Virus record (IMG/VR): IMGVR_UViG_3300028591_000017
Span: 29,677 to 93,676 of that record
Length of the DNA: 64,000 bases
Source of the DNA: a virus
Taxonomy: Duplodnaviria > Caudoviricetes
Direction: 5' to 3' (one strand)
The notes under the pieces are model-generated. The model saw only the letters and a program-made list of their open reading frames with translations, did not search any database and had not been told where the DNA came from. Position 1 is the stretch's first letter. Each line of letters begins with the position of its first letter. The translations under genes and the position numbers were made by a program. Shown here in pieces: positions 28,992 to 37,937 of this stretch.

Positions 28992-31594
28992 GGATTTACC
29001 GTTGGAATATGATACATATCTTTACTTACAACCTCCTCTGCATCTATAGACAATATTATGCTTGATACATAATCTGTTATATCAGATATTTGTCCATCTT
29101 CATCAATACCATCATATATTGTCCCTGCTTTTGGAAGTGTAAATAATATCGCGTACACATCACTGTCGTCGCCATCATCTATTATATACGTATTACATTC
29201 ATCTAATGAAGCTTGTCCGTCAAATGTATTTAGCTTATCATTAAGTTGCGCTGTAGTTAGAACTGCAGTTGCATCAAGCGTTACAGTTACATAGCTCAAA
29301 TCGCTTGATTTTGTTACATCAAGAGTATCTGGAGTTCCAGTGTTTAATGAAACGTCTGCAACATAGCTCAAATCCTTAACATGAAACTCATCTGTATATG
29401 CAGCTATCTCAAATTTATTTCCACTAGACACTAGATTTCTATACATACTAGCAGCGTTTCTTGGTATCAAAACAGGCTTAGATAGTACGGTTAATTTGTT
29501 ATCGAAATCCGTCTCGTTATTAAACCCAACTGTATTATTACCATCTGAGATTGATGGCCTGTCATCCCATACGCCAAAATCTGTTCCGTATCCATATTCT
29601 ATGTAATATTCAAACGTTTGGCCAACTGACGATATTTTGTCTCCTCCTGCGATGAATTGCGTTATATTAAGTCTATACACAGAGCCCTTCTTAAATAATG
29701 GTAATGCTATTTTATAATAACCATTATATGTCTCACCCTGTTCGCCTGGTATAGGTATTGCTGTATATGCAGCAGCACCGAGTGTAGCTATGGATATCAA
29801 ACTATCTATAACAGATTTCGTCGTACCAGTAAGTGTTGATGATACGTGCGTGTAGTCGCCTACCAGATCAAAATGAAATTTTTTATTTTGATGCAACATA
29901 CCGTAAACTCTATTCGAGCCAGATGGGAATACACCGTCAAATGTTAAGTCCTGGGTGCCCCTATACTGTGGAATTCCGATCAAGTCACTGTAACTACCAG
30001 TTCTAGCAACCTTAGATAATGTGATATATTCTGGGTTGGCTGCATTAGCATGGAACGTCCCAATAGCTGTATATGTTTCAGGAGTTGCATTGTCTACAGA
30101 TTGTATTGTAAGCTCAGCATTACCAATGATTGGTTTATTACTTAAATCAGTATACGATCCGCTAGTTGCAACCGTAGCTAAATCAGATTTTTTCGCATAG
30201 CTTGATGCGTCAGTTAACTCAGCAACTGTTGTTGGAACAAGTATATTTATAGTTTTAGGCGAGCTTTGATCTAATGTAAAATAATTTATCTCAGTACCAT
30301 TTCTTTGGATTGTAATACGGCTATCATTTGCAGCTGCAGGTATAGTAGGCTTATCAATTAAGTCATTGTAGTTGCCAGTCTTTGATATCTTATGTAATCT
30401 TATATCATTAGACATAGACTCATCACCTGGTCCTGGTGTTACTGCAGTTGAATTATTCGTATGCAATGTACCAGCAGTACCAGTTGCACCTGTACGACCA
30501 TTGTATACATTAAATGTCTTTGTTGTCTCATCAGAGAGATGTACTGTAACTACATTTGCTTGACCATCAAATGTACTCTGCTCTACCGTTATATCATCTA
30601 TGCCAACGCCATCTTGGCCATCTTGACCATTCTGTCCATTCTGTCCAGCTGCACCAGTAGAACCCTTTGTTCCATTCTTTATAAAGAACGACGAAGATCT
30701 ACCATCTGTAAGTGTAGCTACTATTTTGTTTATTCCGCCGTCCTGCTGTGATGCCTCTACTTGTATTATAGATGCAACGCCAACACCTTGCTGACCTTGC
30801 TGTCCATCCTCTCCAACTGGAAGGTTGAAGGTTCCAAGCAGAACTTCTGGCGTTTGATCTGACCATACACCATACTCCTTATATAATGGTGAGTGTTGCT
30901 CTTCCATTAGACCAATCCTACCTATACTAACGCCAGGTACACCCTGTATACCGGTAGCTCCAGATAAGTCTGTTATGAACTCATACCGCTGAGTTCCCTT
31001 TACGTATAATCTAGCATTCTCTGATTGATCTACACTATTGGTTATACATACGAATACACCCATTGGTACATCTGGATTACTATAGTCAGCATCCATCTCT
31101 GCCACTGAGTTATATACCTTGTATATTGTAAATGGATCACCCTTCTCACCCTTAGGTCCTCTAATATTCTGCTCATCTGGGTTCTCAAGACCTTTATCGT
31201 TGGTCCACGATATCTCACCTCCTACACTAACTGTAGGAGTAAATGTAGCACCAGTCTCGCCCTTAACACTTACTGGCTGTGGTGGGTTTTGTCCTTCTGG
31301 TGCAATCCATGAGATAACACCTTCCTGTGATACAGATGGTATAAATACACCACCATCTTCTCCATTCTGACCGTCTTGACCAGATACCAAATCAAAGTTT
31401 AATGATAACTTACCATCTCCTTCATCGGATATGGTTACATGAGGTTGGTCATCTTCTGACTCCTTTACTGTTCCTATCTGTAGATCTGGAGCAACACCGT
31501 CACGGCCATCCTTGCCGTCAACGCCATCTTTGCCTCCTCCAAACTCTACATTAAGAATATAACCTCTTCCATCAATTATATCTACTGCACTCAT
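28988..31594 (-). CDS. Long collagen-like tail fibre (868 aa)
   Basis: Several Gly-X-Y tracts and three copies of an L..(V/I)..(T/S)G.Y.DL...P repeat. Confidence 0.8.
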   Translation of the reverse strand: MSAVDIIDGRGYILNVEFGGGKDGVDGKDGRDGVAPDLQIGTVKESEDDQPHVTISDEGDGKLSLNFDLVSGQDGQNGEDGGVFIPSVSQEGVISWIAPEGQNPPQPVSVKGETGATFTPTVSVGGEISWTNDKGLENPDEQNIRGPKGEKGDPFTIYKVYNSVAEMDADYSNPDVPMGVFVCITNSVDQSENARLYVKGTQRYEFITDLSGATGIQGVPGVSIGRIGLMEEQHSPLYKEYGVWSDQTPEVLLGTFNLPVGEDGQQGQQGVGVASIIQVEASQQDGGINKIVATLTDGRSSSFFIKNGTKGSTGAAGQNGQNGQDGQDGVGIDDITVEQSTFDGQANVVTVHLSDETTKTFNVYNGRTGATGTAGTLHTNNSTAVTPGPGDESMSNDIRLHKISKTGNYNDLIDKPTIPAAANDSRITIQRNGTEINYFTLDQSSPKTINILVPTTVAELTDASSYAKKSDLATVATSGSYTDLSNKPIIGNAELTIQSVDNATPETYTAIGTFHANAANPEYITLSKVARTGSYSDLIGIPQYRGTQDLTFDGVFPSGSNRVYGMLHQNKKFHFDLVGDYTHVSSTLTGTTKSVIDSLISIATLGAAAYTAIPIPGEQGETYNGYYKIALPLFKKGSVYRLNITQFIAGGDKISSVGQTFEYYIEYGYGTDFGVWDDRPSISDGNNTVGFNNETDFDNKLTVLSKPVLIPRNAASMYRNLVSSGNKFEIAAYTDEFHVKDLSYVADVSLNTGTPDTLDVTKSSDLSYVTVTLDATAVLTTAQLNDKLNTFDGQASLDECNTYIIDDGDDSDVYAILFTLPKAGTIYDGIDEDGQISDITDYVSSIILSIDAEEVVSKDMYHIPTVNP

Positions 31595-31599
31595 ATCCT

Positions 31600-32664
31600 T
31601 TAATCTCTATAATAACCCCTATCATCATCACTAAGATCGCTATTGCCAAATCCGACTACATTGCCGAAGTGGTGTGGACCGTGTGGATGTCTATCATAAA
31701 ACTCTCTAGGTACATATGTTCCATGGTGTCCATGTGGGTGGAAATGTGGTTTATCGTCATTCATCTCCCATGGAGCTATATCAGATTCCTTCTTAATCAA
31801 AGCGTCTGACAGCTTAAATGCACGAGCTCTACCTATGTTGTTAAGCTTGTGGTATTTAACTCCAGTCTTCAATGTACCTTCTATAGCTGCATCTGGATTA
31901 TCCAACATAGATGTCGCTACACCTGTTGTTTCCTCTGGATCTGTATATGTAAACGGTAATCTAGCAGATATCTTAAATATCTTCTTACCAGATCTATCGT
32001 AATTGTCATTATCTCCAGACGTTTCGGTCTCCCACTTTCCGTTAGCTTCAAATTCCACGAAGTCACCTTTAATAGCAAATCTTCCGCTAATTGCACCATC
32101 ACCATATGGGTAACTAGTCTCTTCTGTTGCGTTAAGGTCTAACTTAGAAAGCTTACCTTTGAACTCACCTGTAACATCATTGAATGTTGCCTCAAAGTTG
32201 CAACGATACTCAGGCTCTGTAGTTGATGTAAACAACACATTTGTAGCTGTAAGCTTATTGGTCTTCTTATCGAATGTAATACCAAGATCAGTCTTTACAC
32301 CATCTTCAGTACCACCTGTAACAACTATATCCTGCTCAGTAAACTCTGTACTAGATACTCTAGCTACATTAGTCTCAACTATATACTGTCCACAAGGCAT
32401 GAATTCTGTGGTCTTAGAGTCTATTATGCATTCATATACATAATCACCCTTATCTGACTGATATGCCTTTACAATTGGAATAAAGCCCTTAAGCTCACGC
32501 TTAGATGCTTTTACAACCTTCTTGAATGGAGCACCTTCATTATAGAAGTACAGCATAAGGTCCTGATAGTTATCAGTGATGTTCTCAAGCTGACCGTCGT
32601 TGTCTCTTATTGTAACAAAGAATCGTATATCCTCTCCTTTGTAAAATCTTTTGTTATCGTACAT
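31600..32664 (-). CDS. Tail fibre hub/adaptor-like protein with His/Pro-rich C-terminus
   Basis: BppU-like N-terminus 'FYKGEDIRF..IDSKTT.FMPCGQY.VE'; lies between capsid and fibre genes. Confidence 0.5.
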   Translation of the reverse strand: MYDNKRFYKGEDIRFFVTIRDNDGQLENITDNYQDLMLYFYNEGAPFKKVVKASKRELKGFIPIVKAYQSDKGDYVYECIIDSKTTEFMPCGQYIVETNVARVSSTEFTEQDIVVTGGTEDGVKTDLGITFDKKTNKLTATNVLFTSTTEPEYRCNFEATFNDVTGEFKGKLSKLDLNATEETSYPYGDGAISGRFAIKGDFVEFEANGKWETETSGDNDNYDRSGKKIFKISARLPFTYTDPEETTGVATSMLDNPDAAIEGTLKTGVKYHKLNNIGRARAFKLSDALIKKESDIAPWEMNDDKPHFHPHGHHGTYVPREFYDRHPHGPHHFGNVVGFGNSDLSDDDRGYYRD

Positions 32665-32680
32665 ATTGTATTAGTATATA

Positions 32681-32724
32681 TACACAAAAGGCGCAGTGGT
32701 ATATAACCACCACGCCAGTGTGTA
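32681..32724 (-). terminator. Hairpin/terminator after auxiliary capsid gene
   Basis: TACAC..GGCG..GTGGT/ACCAC..CGCC..GTGTA nested inverted repeat. Confidence 0.55.
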
Positions 32725-32740
32725 TTAGTTAATATGCTTA

Positions 32741-33721
32741 TTACGCTGTTGGTTTAGAAGACTCATTAGTGTCTGTTATGCCAAATACATCAACTAATTT
32801 ACCATCTCCAGTCAGTGCGTTAGCATCGTGATCGATAAATATAGTAGTCTGCAGTGGAGTAGACTTGATGAACTGGTTGTCTGCAGAACGGTAGTCGTTG
32901 TTATAGAGAATATCTACAACATCGTAAGTCTTACCTTTCTCTACCATCTGAGTACCAGTGAGCTGATTCCAGCGGCAGTCGTTGAAGAACATAGAACCTC
33001 TATAGCCAAGAGCTCTCTTCTCGATATCTCTAACGACCTTCCAGTATCCAACACCTGCATCAGCAGCAGCTACTGTCTTAGCAGTGTAAGCTGCAACACC
33101 GTCGCTAGTGAGGGTTACATCCTGGATATCGATAGCGTGGAACTCATAGAGAGTGTCAACTTTGTCATCGATAGTGATGTCCTTAGCTGTGAGAGTCAGA
33201 ACGCCTGCAGCAGATGTAGCTACTACTCTAGCGTTACGTCCAGCAGAAGTTGTCTTGCTGTTGATTGCAGCTGCGAATGCATCAGCAAGGTCAGCAGCAG
33301 AAGCAGTCTTTGCATAAAGATCGAAAGACTGAGTAAACTGGATAGGCATCTCCAATACATCGTTGTAAGCAATACGCAGAACGTATCTCTTGCCAATAAC
33401 TGGAGTACCAATTGTCAAAGTAGCAACTGAGTTAGCCTTAGCTCTGTAAGCCTCCTGAGTTATGCTCTCAACCTTATCCTTAGTTATCTTGTCTGAAAGA
33501 TAGAACTCGCCATCAGCGTTAACCTTTGTACCAACAAAGATTGGCTGACCTGCAGCGAATGCAGTCTTAGCTGCAGTGCTAGCGATGAAGTTCTTCTTAG
33601 AATCAAAGAAATACAGAGTGCCCTCTACAGCGTTTGTAATCTGGGCGTCTCTAGTAGCTCCTGTTGGTACTGCGGCACCGAGCGCCTTGCAAACCAACAC
33701 TTTTCTTACATGTTTTGCCAT
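32741..33721 (-). CDS. Auxiliary capsid/decoration protein
   Basis: Ala/Thr-rich, codon usage like the major capsid gene, 'GVGYWKVVRDIEKRALGYRG'; crAss synteny. Confidence 0.7.
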   Translation of the reverse strand: MAKHVRKVLVCKALGAAVPTGATRDAQITNAVEGTLYFFDSKKNFIASTAAKTAFAAGQPIFVGTKVNADGEFYLSDKITKDKVESITQEAYRAKANSVATLTIGTPVIGKRYVLRIAYNDVLEMPIQFTQSFDLYAKTASAADLADAFAAAINSKTTSAGRNARVVATSAAGVLTLTAKDITIDDKVDTLYEFHAIDIQDVTLTSDGVAAYTAKTVAAADAGVGYWKVVRDIEKRALGYRGSMFFNDCRWNQLTGTQMVEKGKTYDVVDILYNNDYRSADNQFIKSTPLQTTIFIDHDANALTGDGKLVDVFGITDTNESSKPTA

Positions 33722-33740
33722 AATTTAAATATTAATAAAA

Positions 33741-34499
33741 TTACTGTTGCGTTGTTAATAAACTATTAGTTGTTGTCATTCTATCTGTATTGGATATACT
33801 CTCCAGAGCCAACGTTACAGCCATCATTACGATTTCGTCATGCGCATGTTCTGGTATATAAGTATATTCAGTATCCCATTCTTTAAAGTTGAATACATCT
33901 GGTCTCTTGATGTACGTAAATCGTACGCTATCAATATCGTAAGTACCGTCCGTTATGTATTCAATATACTCTCTATAGGAGAGCCGTAGAGGCCTTGCAT
34001 TATTAGCATTAAGATTAAACTCCGATAGATAGTCGTTCTTCTTTGTTGTAATGTTGTCATAAGTCGTGTTGATTGGATCAACTAGCTTTGGTATTGGTTT
34101 ACCAAATGCACATGTTTTACACATATCACCCAATCTTTCACATGGCTTATCACATGGACTCTTTGGCCAGCGTCTATCTGTAGATGTAATAAATACATCT
34201 TCTCCGACACCAAACCAGTAGTCCTCTGGCCTGTACACAAAGTAGTCAGTGCCTTCAACTTTTTTAGGTTCAACAACCTTAGTTTGTAAAGTATTTCTAA
34301 GGTCCGCATCTCTCTTTTCAGATGTCTGAAATCCATCTGACTTATAAGCATCAGTACCAGAATACCGCTGCTTTACGAACCTTATTACAGCCTGGGTTAG
34401 CCAGAAGTCGATTTCCTCTGGCGTAAAGGAAGGATATCCGATTATATCCTCTTTATCTAGCCTTATATTAAATGCCAGATGAAATTCTTTTGTAGTCAT
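33741..34499 (-). CDS. Head-tail connector/ring protein
   Basis: 'FTPEEIDFWL..A...FVKQRY', 'FQTSEKR..DL', 'YIKRP', 'HDEIV..AV'. Confidence 0.8.
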   Translation of the reverse strand: MTTKEFHLAFNIRLDKEDIIGYPSFTPEEIDFWLTQAVIRFVKQRYSGTDAYKSDGFQTSEKRDADLRNTLQTKVVEPKKVEGTDYFVYRPEDYWFGVGEDVFITSTDRRWPKSPCDKPCERLGDMCKTCAFGKPIPKLVDPINTTYDNITTKKNDYLSEFNLNANNARPLRLSYREYIEYITDGTYDIDSVRFTYIKRPDVFNFKEWDTEYTYIPEHAHDEIVMMAVTLALESISNTDRMTTTNSLLTTQQ

Positions 34500-35260
34500 T
34501 ATTTACTTTCAACCTCAGCTTTAATTGCCAAATATATCTCCTGATTAGCCTTACTCTTAAGGTATGCTACAGTATCTGTCAGGGATGTGCCTATTGTATC
34601 AGTGCCATAGTAGTATACATTTCTGTTTCTCCTAAGCACATTCTTAGATAATGCATCTTCAATCAGGATGTAGAAATCTCTATCTTTATTGTTGGTCCAT
34701 TTGGTCATGAAGTCAGAAGGCTTATTGATAACGATATCAAACATGCGCTCTCTGCACTTCTCAGAAGAAAGATCTCTAGAGTTGACACCAAACAATCTGA
34801 GACATGCAATGATATCGTCGATAGACATCTTGTCGTACTCCTTGATTGCTGCAACCTTCTTCTCGTTTGCAATGTTCTTCTTCTTAGCCTCAGCCTCCTC
34901 GTTGATCATTACATACAATGCTCTAGGCTTCTTATCCTCGTAACCATCCATAACCTCAATATGGTGCTTACAATACTCGTATTTAAATCTATCCTCAGGC
35001 TTATCTGTATCAAGAACTACGGGTCTATTACCCTGAAGCTTGACAGCGATAAATGAATCCCAGAACTTAACGTTTCCTGGATCGAGGTAACCCTCTGAAT
35101 AGCCGAGAAGCTTCTCATATTCTCTACGCTCCTCGTTTGTAAATGCACCTGCATAAGGGAGACCACTACGTGTGATCCATCCTCCTATATATTTTACTGA
35201 ATTTCTATTGAGACTATTTCTCAAGAAATTCGAATTTAACTGTTTTACTATGACTTCCAT
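34499..35260 (-). CDS. Conserved crAss capsid-module protein downstream of the major capsid gene
   Basis: 'FWDSF', 'LDTDKPED', 'YYYGTDTIG.S...V.YLK' pattern; synteny. Confidence 0.65.
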   Translation of the reverse strand: MEVIVKQLNSNFLRNSLNRNSVKYIGGWITRSGLPYAGAFTNEERREYEKLLGYSEGYLDPGNVKFWDSFIAVKLQGNRPVVLDTDKPEDRFKYEYCKHHIEVMDGYEDKKPRALYVMINEEAEAKKKNIANEKKVAAIKEYDKMSIDDIIACLRLFGVNSRDLSSEKCRERMFDIVINKPSDFMTKWTNNKDRDFYILIEDALSKNVLRRNRNVYYYGTDTIGTSLTDTVAYLKSKANQEIYLAIKAEVESK

Positions 35261-35268
35261 ATTCTTTT

Positions 35269-35301
35269 AAAATAGAAGCAGGGACTACTTAAAGCCCCTG
35301 C
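35269..35301 (-). terminator. Intrinsic terminator after major capsid gene
   Basis: GCAGGG..CCCTGC stem with a U-rich tail on the minus strand. Confidence 0.6.
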
Positions 35302-35315
35302 GTATTGTCTATATA

Positions 35316-36797
35316 TTACTCTGCTATCTTAGTCAGGATACCACATGGACGTGGATCAAGAACTGCGATACCTACCTCAGACAGGATCTGCAATGAGTAT
35401 CCGTCCTTAGCGTTAGATGCTACAGTAGTGAAAGAACCCTTGTTCAAACCTGGATCTGTCATACCGGTTACGACTCTCATAACGAGCTCACGGTTTCTCT
35501 TAGCGAACTTACGGATGTTAGACTTACCGTTGATGTTGCCGTTGTAGAGAATCAAGAACTCATATGAACGGAGAGGCTTCAATGTTACTGGATCCAACTC
35601 TCTGTTGAGCTCAGCGTCATCGAAGATAGGAGCGTGCATAACTGTAAGAGTTATACCGTTGTGCATCTCATAAGTCTTGAACTCACCGCTCAGCTTCAGA
35701 TCACGACCTGAGCCAGATACGAAGTGAGTATCAATCAGGTTGTATGCACCAGCCTTCTCCTCGAGTACACGAGAGAACTCTCTCTTACCCATTGCACCAG
35801 TGAATGCAACGAACTTCAACTCCTGAGAACCGATACCAGTTCCGATGATGTTGTAAGCAAGGTCAAACAGGAACTCATCGAGGATATCAGCAGTCAACTT
35901 AGTATAAGTACGTCTGTTGAATGGAGCGATCTGCTCATACAGACCAGCACCTGCCTCGATAGGACGACCGTTAGTGCCAGATATTACTGAAGTACCGTCA
36001 GCCTTCATTGTAGACTTACCGAAGATCAAACCAGCCTCAACGCGACGTGCGTGCTGATTCAAAGCAAGCCACTCCTGATATGGACCCCACAGGTAGTTGA
36101 TCTTACCGTTGCCGTCCTTAACACCTACAGAAAGAACATCTGTAGCAGCACTACCGGTGATGTCTGCACGAAGACGCATGATAGACAGTCTGTTAGACAT
36201 CTTAACAGTAGTAGTGTAGTTCAGGATATCAGCCTCATCTGAATACTCCTCATAGAGAGAGTAGAGACGGCTAACGCCCTTACCTGGCATCAGGTATGAA
36301 CCTGGGATAGAGAATGCAGTATCGCTAGAGATTGGCTGCAGCTGATATACCCAGTAACCACCATCATTGATAGGCTCGGCGATTACACGTGCCTGATAGT
36401 CGTAGTTATCGAATACAAGAACAGCACCAACGCTGAACAACTTCTCGTCTACCCAGATTGCTATTGTATCCATTGGAGTTGCGAAAGCTGTAGGAGTAAC
36501 GATAGTACCGTTGATCTCAGCTCTCTTGATGAACAATGGCTTGTCTGAGTTAGTCTCAAGCTGCCACTCGTATACTGAGCTATCAATCTGCTCAGTCTTG
36601 CCGAGTCCACCTGTGATCAGGTCAAGTGTAGTCTTGTAGTTAGTTACGTTAGTTGTACCAAATGTGAAGGAAATAATTCCTGGAATTTTGTGTGGCTCAC
36701 GAAGCAATGCGTTGCCAAGCATATTCTCATCAACGAGATCAGCAAAACGCTTACCGCGACCAATCACCAAATTACTAATTGCGCTCTGTGATGGCAT
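35316..36797 (-). CDS. Major capsid protein (crAss-like)
   Basis: 493 aa; 'SLYEEYSDE', 'MRLRADITGSA', 'GRPIEAGAGLYEQI', 'FTGAMG..EF'; follows portal and scaffold. Confidence 0.92.
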   Translation of the reverse strand: MPSQSAISNLVIGRGKRFADLVDENMLGNALLREPHKIPGIISFTFGTTNVTNYKTTLDLITGGLGKTEQIDSSVYEWQLETNSDKPLFIKRAEINGTIVTPTAFATPMDTIAIWVDEKLFSVGAVLVFDNYDYQARVIAEPINDGGYWVYQLQPISSDTAFSIPGSYLMPGKGVSRLYSLYEEYSDEADILNYTTTVKMSNRLSIMRLRADITGSAATDVLSVGVKDGNGKINYLWGPYQEWLALNQHARRVEAGLIFGKSTMKADGTSVISGTNGRPIEAGAGLYEQIAPFNRRTYTKLTADILDEFLFDLAYNIIGTGIGSQELKFVAFTGAMGKREFSRVLEEKAGAYNLIDTHFVSGSGRDLKLSGEFKTYEMHNGITLTVMHAPIFDDAELNRELDPVTLKPLRSYEFLILYNGNINGKSNIRKFAKRNRELVMRVVTGMTDPGLNKGSFTTVASNAKDGYSLQILSEVGIAVLDPRPCGILTKIAE

Positions 36798-36823
36798 AAT
36801 AAATAAATTTTAAATGTTTTATA

Positions 36824-37915
36824 TTAGAACCCAAACGCACTCACAAAGTCGTCTATGCTACCCGTCTTTGCTGATGGTTTCGTTCCTTTTACTTTGTTTG
36901 ACGCAAGTGCTTTCTTAAATTTCATAGCTGCGCTAGTCTCACCGGACTTCTTAATTGACTGAACCAATGCGTCTCCTCGCATAGTAAAGAAAGCTGACTC
37001 AATCATGTTGTTGATACTCTTACCGTATTCCTCCTGCCACTTGGTCTTACCATTTGGCTGGATCTTAAACATGTAATCAACCAACTCCTTCTTGTCCTTC
37101 TGAGATAGTTTGATACCGCGGATATTGTCAGAAGACTTAATGGTATTCAAGGCATTCTCAAAGATTGCTCTCTGCGACTCCTCGTACTCCTTACGCTCCT
37201 TCTCCTGCTGCTTTAACATAGCTGCAGTTTCCTTCTCCTTAGCCTTCTTGATTCTAGCAAGTGCGTCTTCCGCCTCATCTTGAAGGATTCCGGTATCTTC
37301 ATACTTCTTGATCTTGCGAGCTATCTGATTATCATCATACCCTTCGAGCTCGAGGTAATCTGACAAAACTCGTCTTTGATTGCCCTCATCCTCGAGGTTG
37401 ATGTTATCGTAAGAGATGGCCTCCTTCTGAACTTTATAAAACTTCTCGAAGTCACCGCCATTCTTCAAATACTCGTCAAGCTGTCTGACGCGATCATCAG
37501 CATACTCAGGTTCGCTACTCTTCTCGACTATCTCAGCAAGTGTATTAATGAGATCATCTGCGGATTTAGGCGCCTCAAAGTCGTCATCAAATTCCAATCC
37601 CATCTTCTCTACCAATGAGTCGAACAAGGTTGTAACAACACCCTCATCTGGTTCAACGTCATCTGAGCCATCGTTGTCATCAGTATCAGTGCCATTAGGT
37701 TCGTCGACTGTGTTGTCGTTATCATCATCATCAGTCTTGTCTTCTGGCTCATCTACTGGATCATCCTTCTTATCTTTAGGATCATCATCTTTAGGCTCGT
37801 CCTTTTCAGTGTCATCATTGTTATCTACATCAGTCTCTTCATCCTCCCAAGGAAATGGAGTATCTATCTCCTCGACAGTATCAGCTGATGGATTAACATC
37901 CTGCTTCTTTGCCAT
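36824..37915 (-). CDS. Capsid scaffolding protein (acidic)
   Basis: Very D/E-rich N-terminus, 'EYLKNGGD', coiled coil; between portal and major capsid gene. Confidence 0.75.
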   Translation of the reverse strand: MAKKQDVNPSADTVEEIDTPFPWEDEETDVDNNDDTEKDEPKDDDPKDKKDDPVDEPEDKTDDDDNDNTVDEPNGTDTDDNDGSDDVEPDEGVVTTLFDSLVEKMGLEFDDDFEAPKSADDLINTLAEIVEKSSEPEYADDRVRQLDEYLKNGGDFEKFYKVQKEAISYDNINLEDEGNQRRVLSDYLELEGYDDNQIARKIKKYEDTGILQDEAEDALARIKKAKEKETAAMLKQQEKERKEYEESQRAIFENALNTIKSSDNIRGIKLSQKDKKELVDYMFKIQPNGKTKWQEEYGKSINNMIESAFFTMRGDALVQSIKKSGETSAAMKFKKALASNKVKGTKPSAKTGSIDDFVSAFGF

Positions 37916-37937
37916 AATTAAAAATTATATTTAAGGG

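Noticed and set aside
24075-31594. Diversity-generating retroelement or invertible fibre cassette
   Set aside because: No reverse transcriptase, recombinase or TR/VR nucleotide pair was noticed in the window; the internal repeats are old protein-level duplications.
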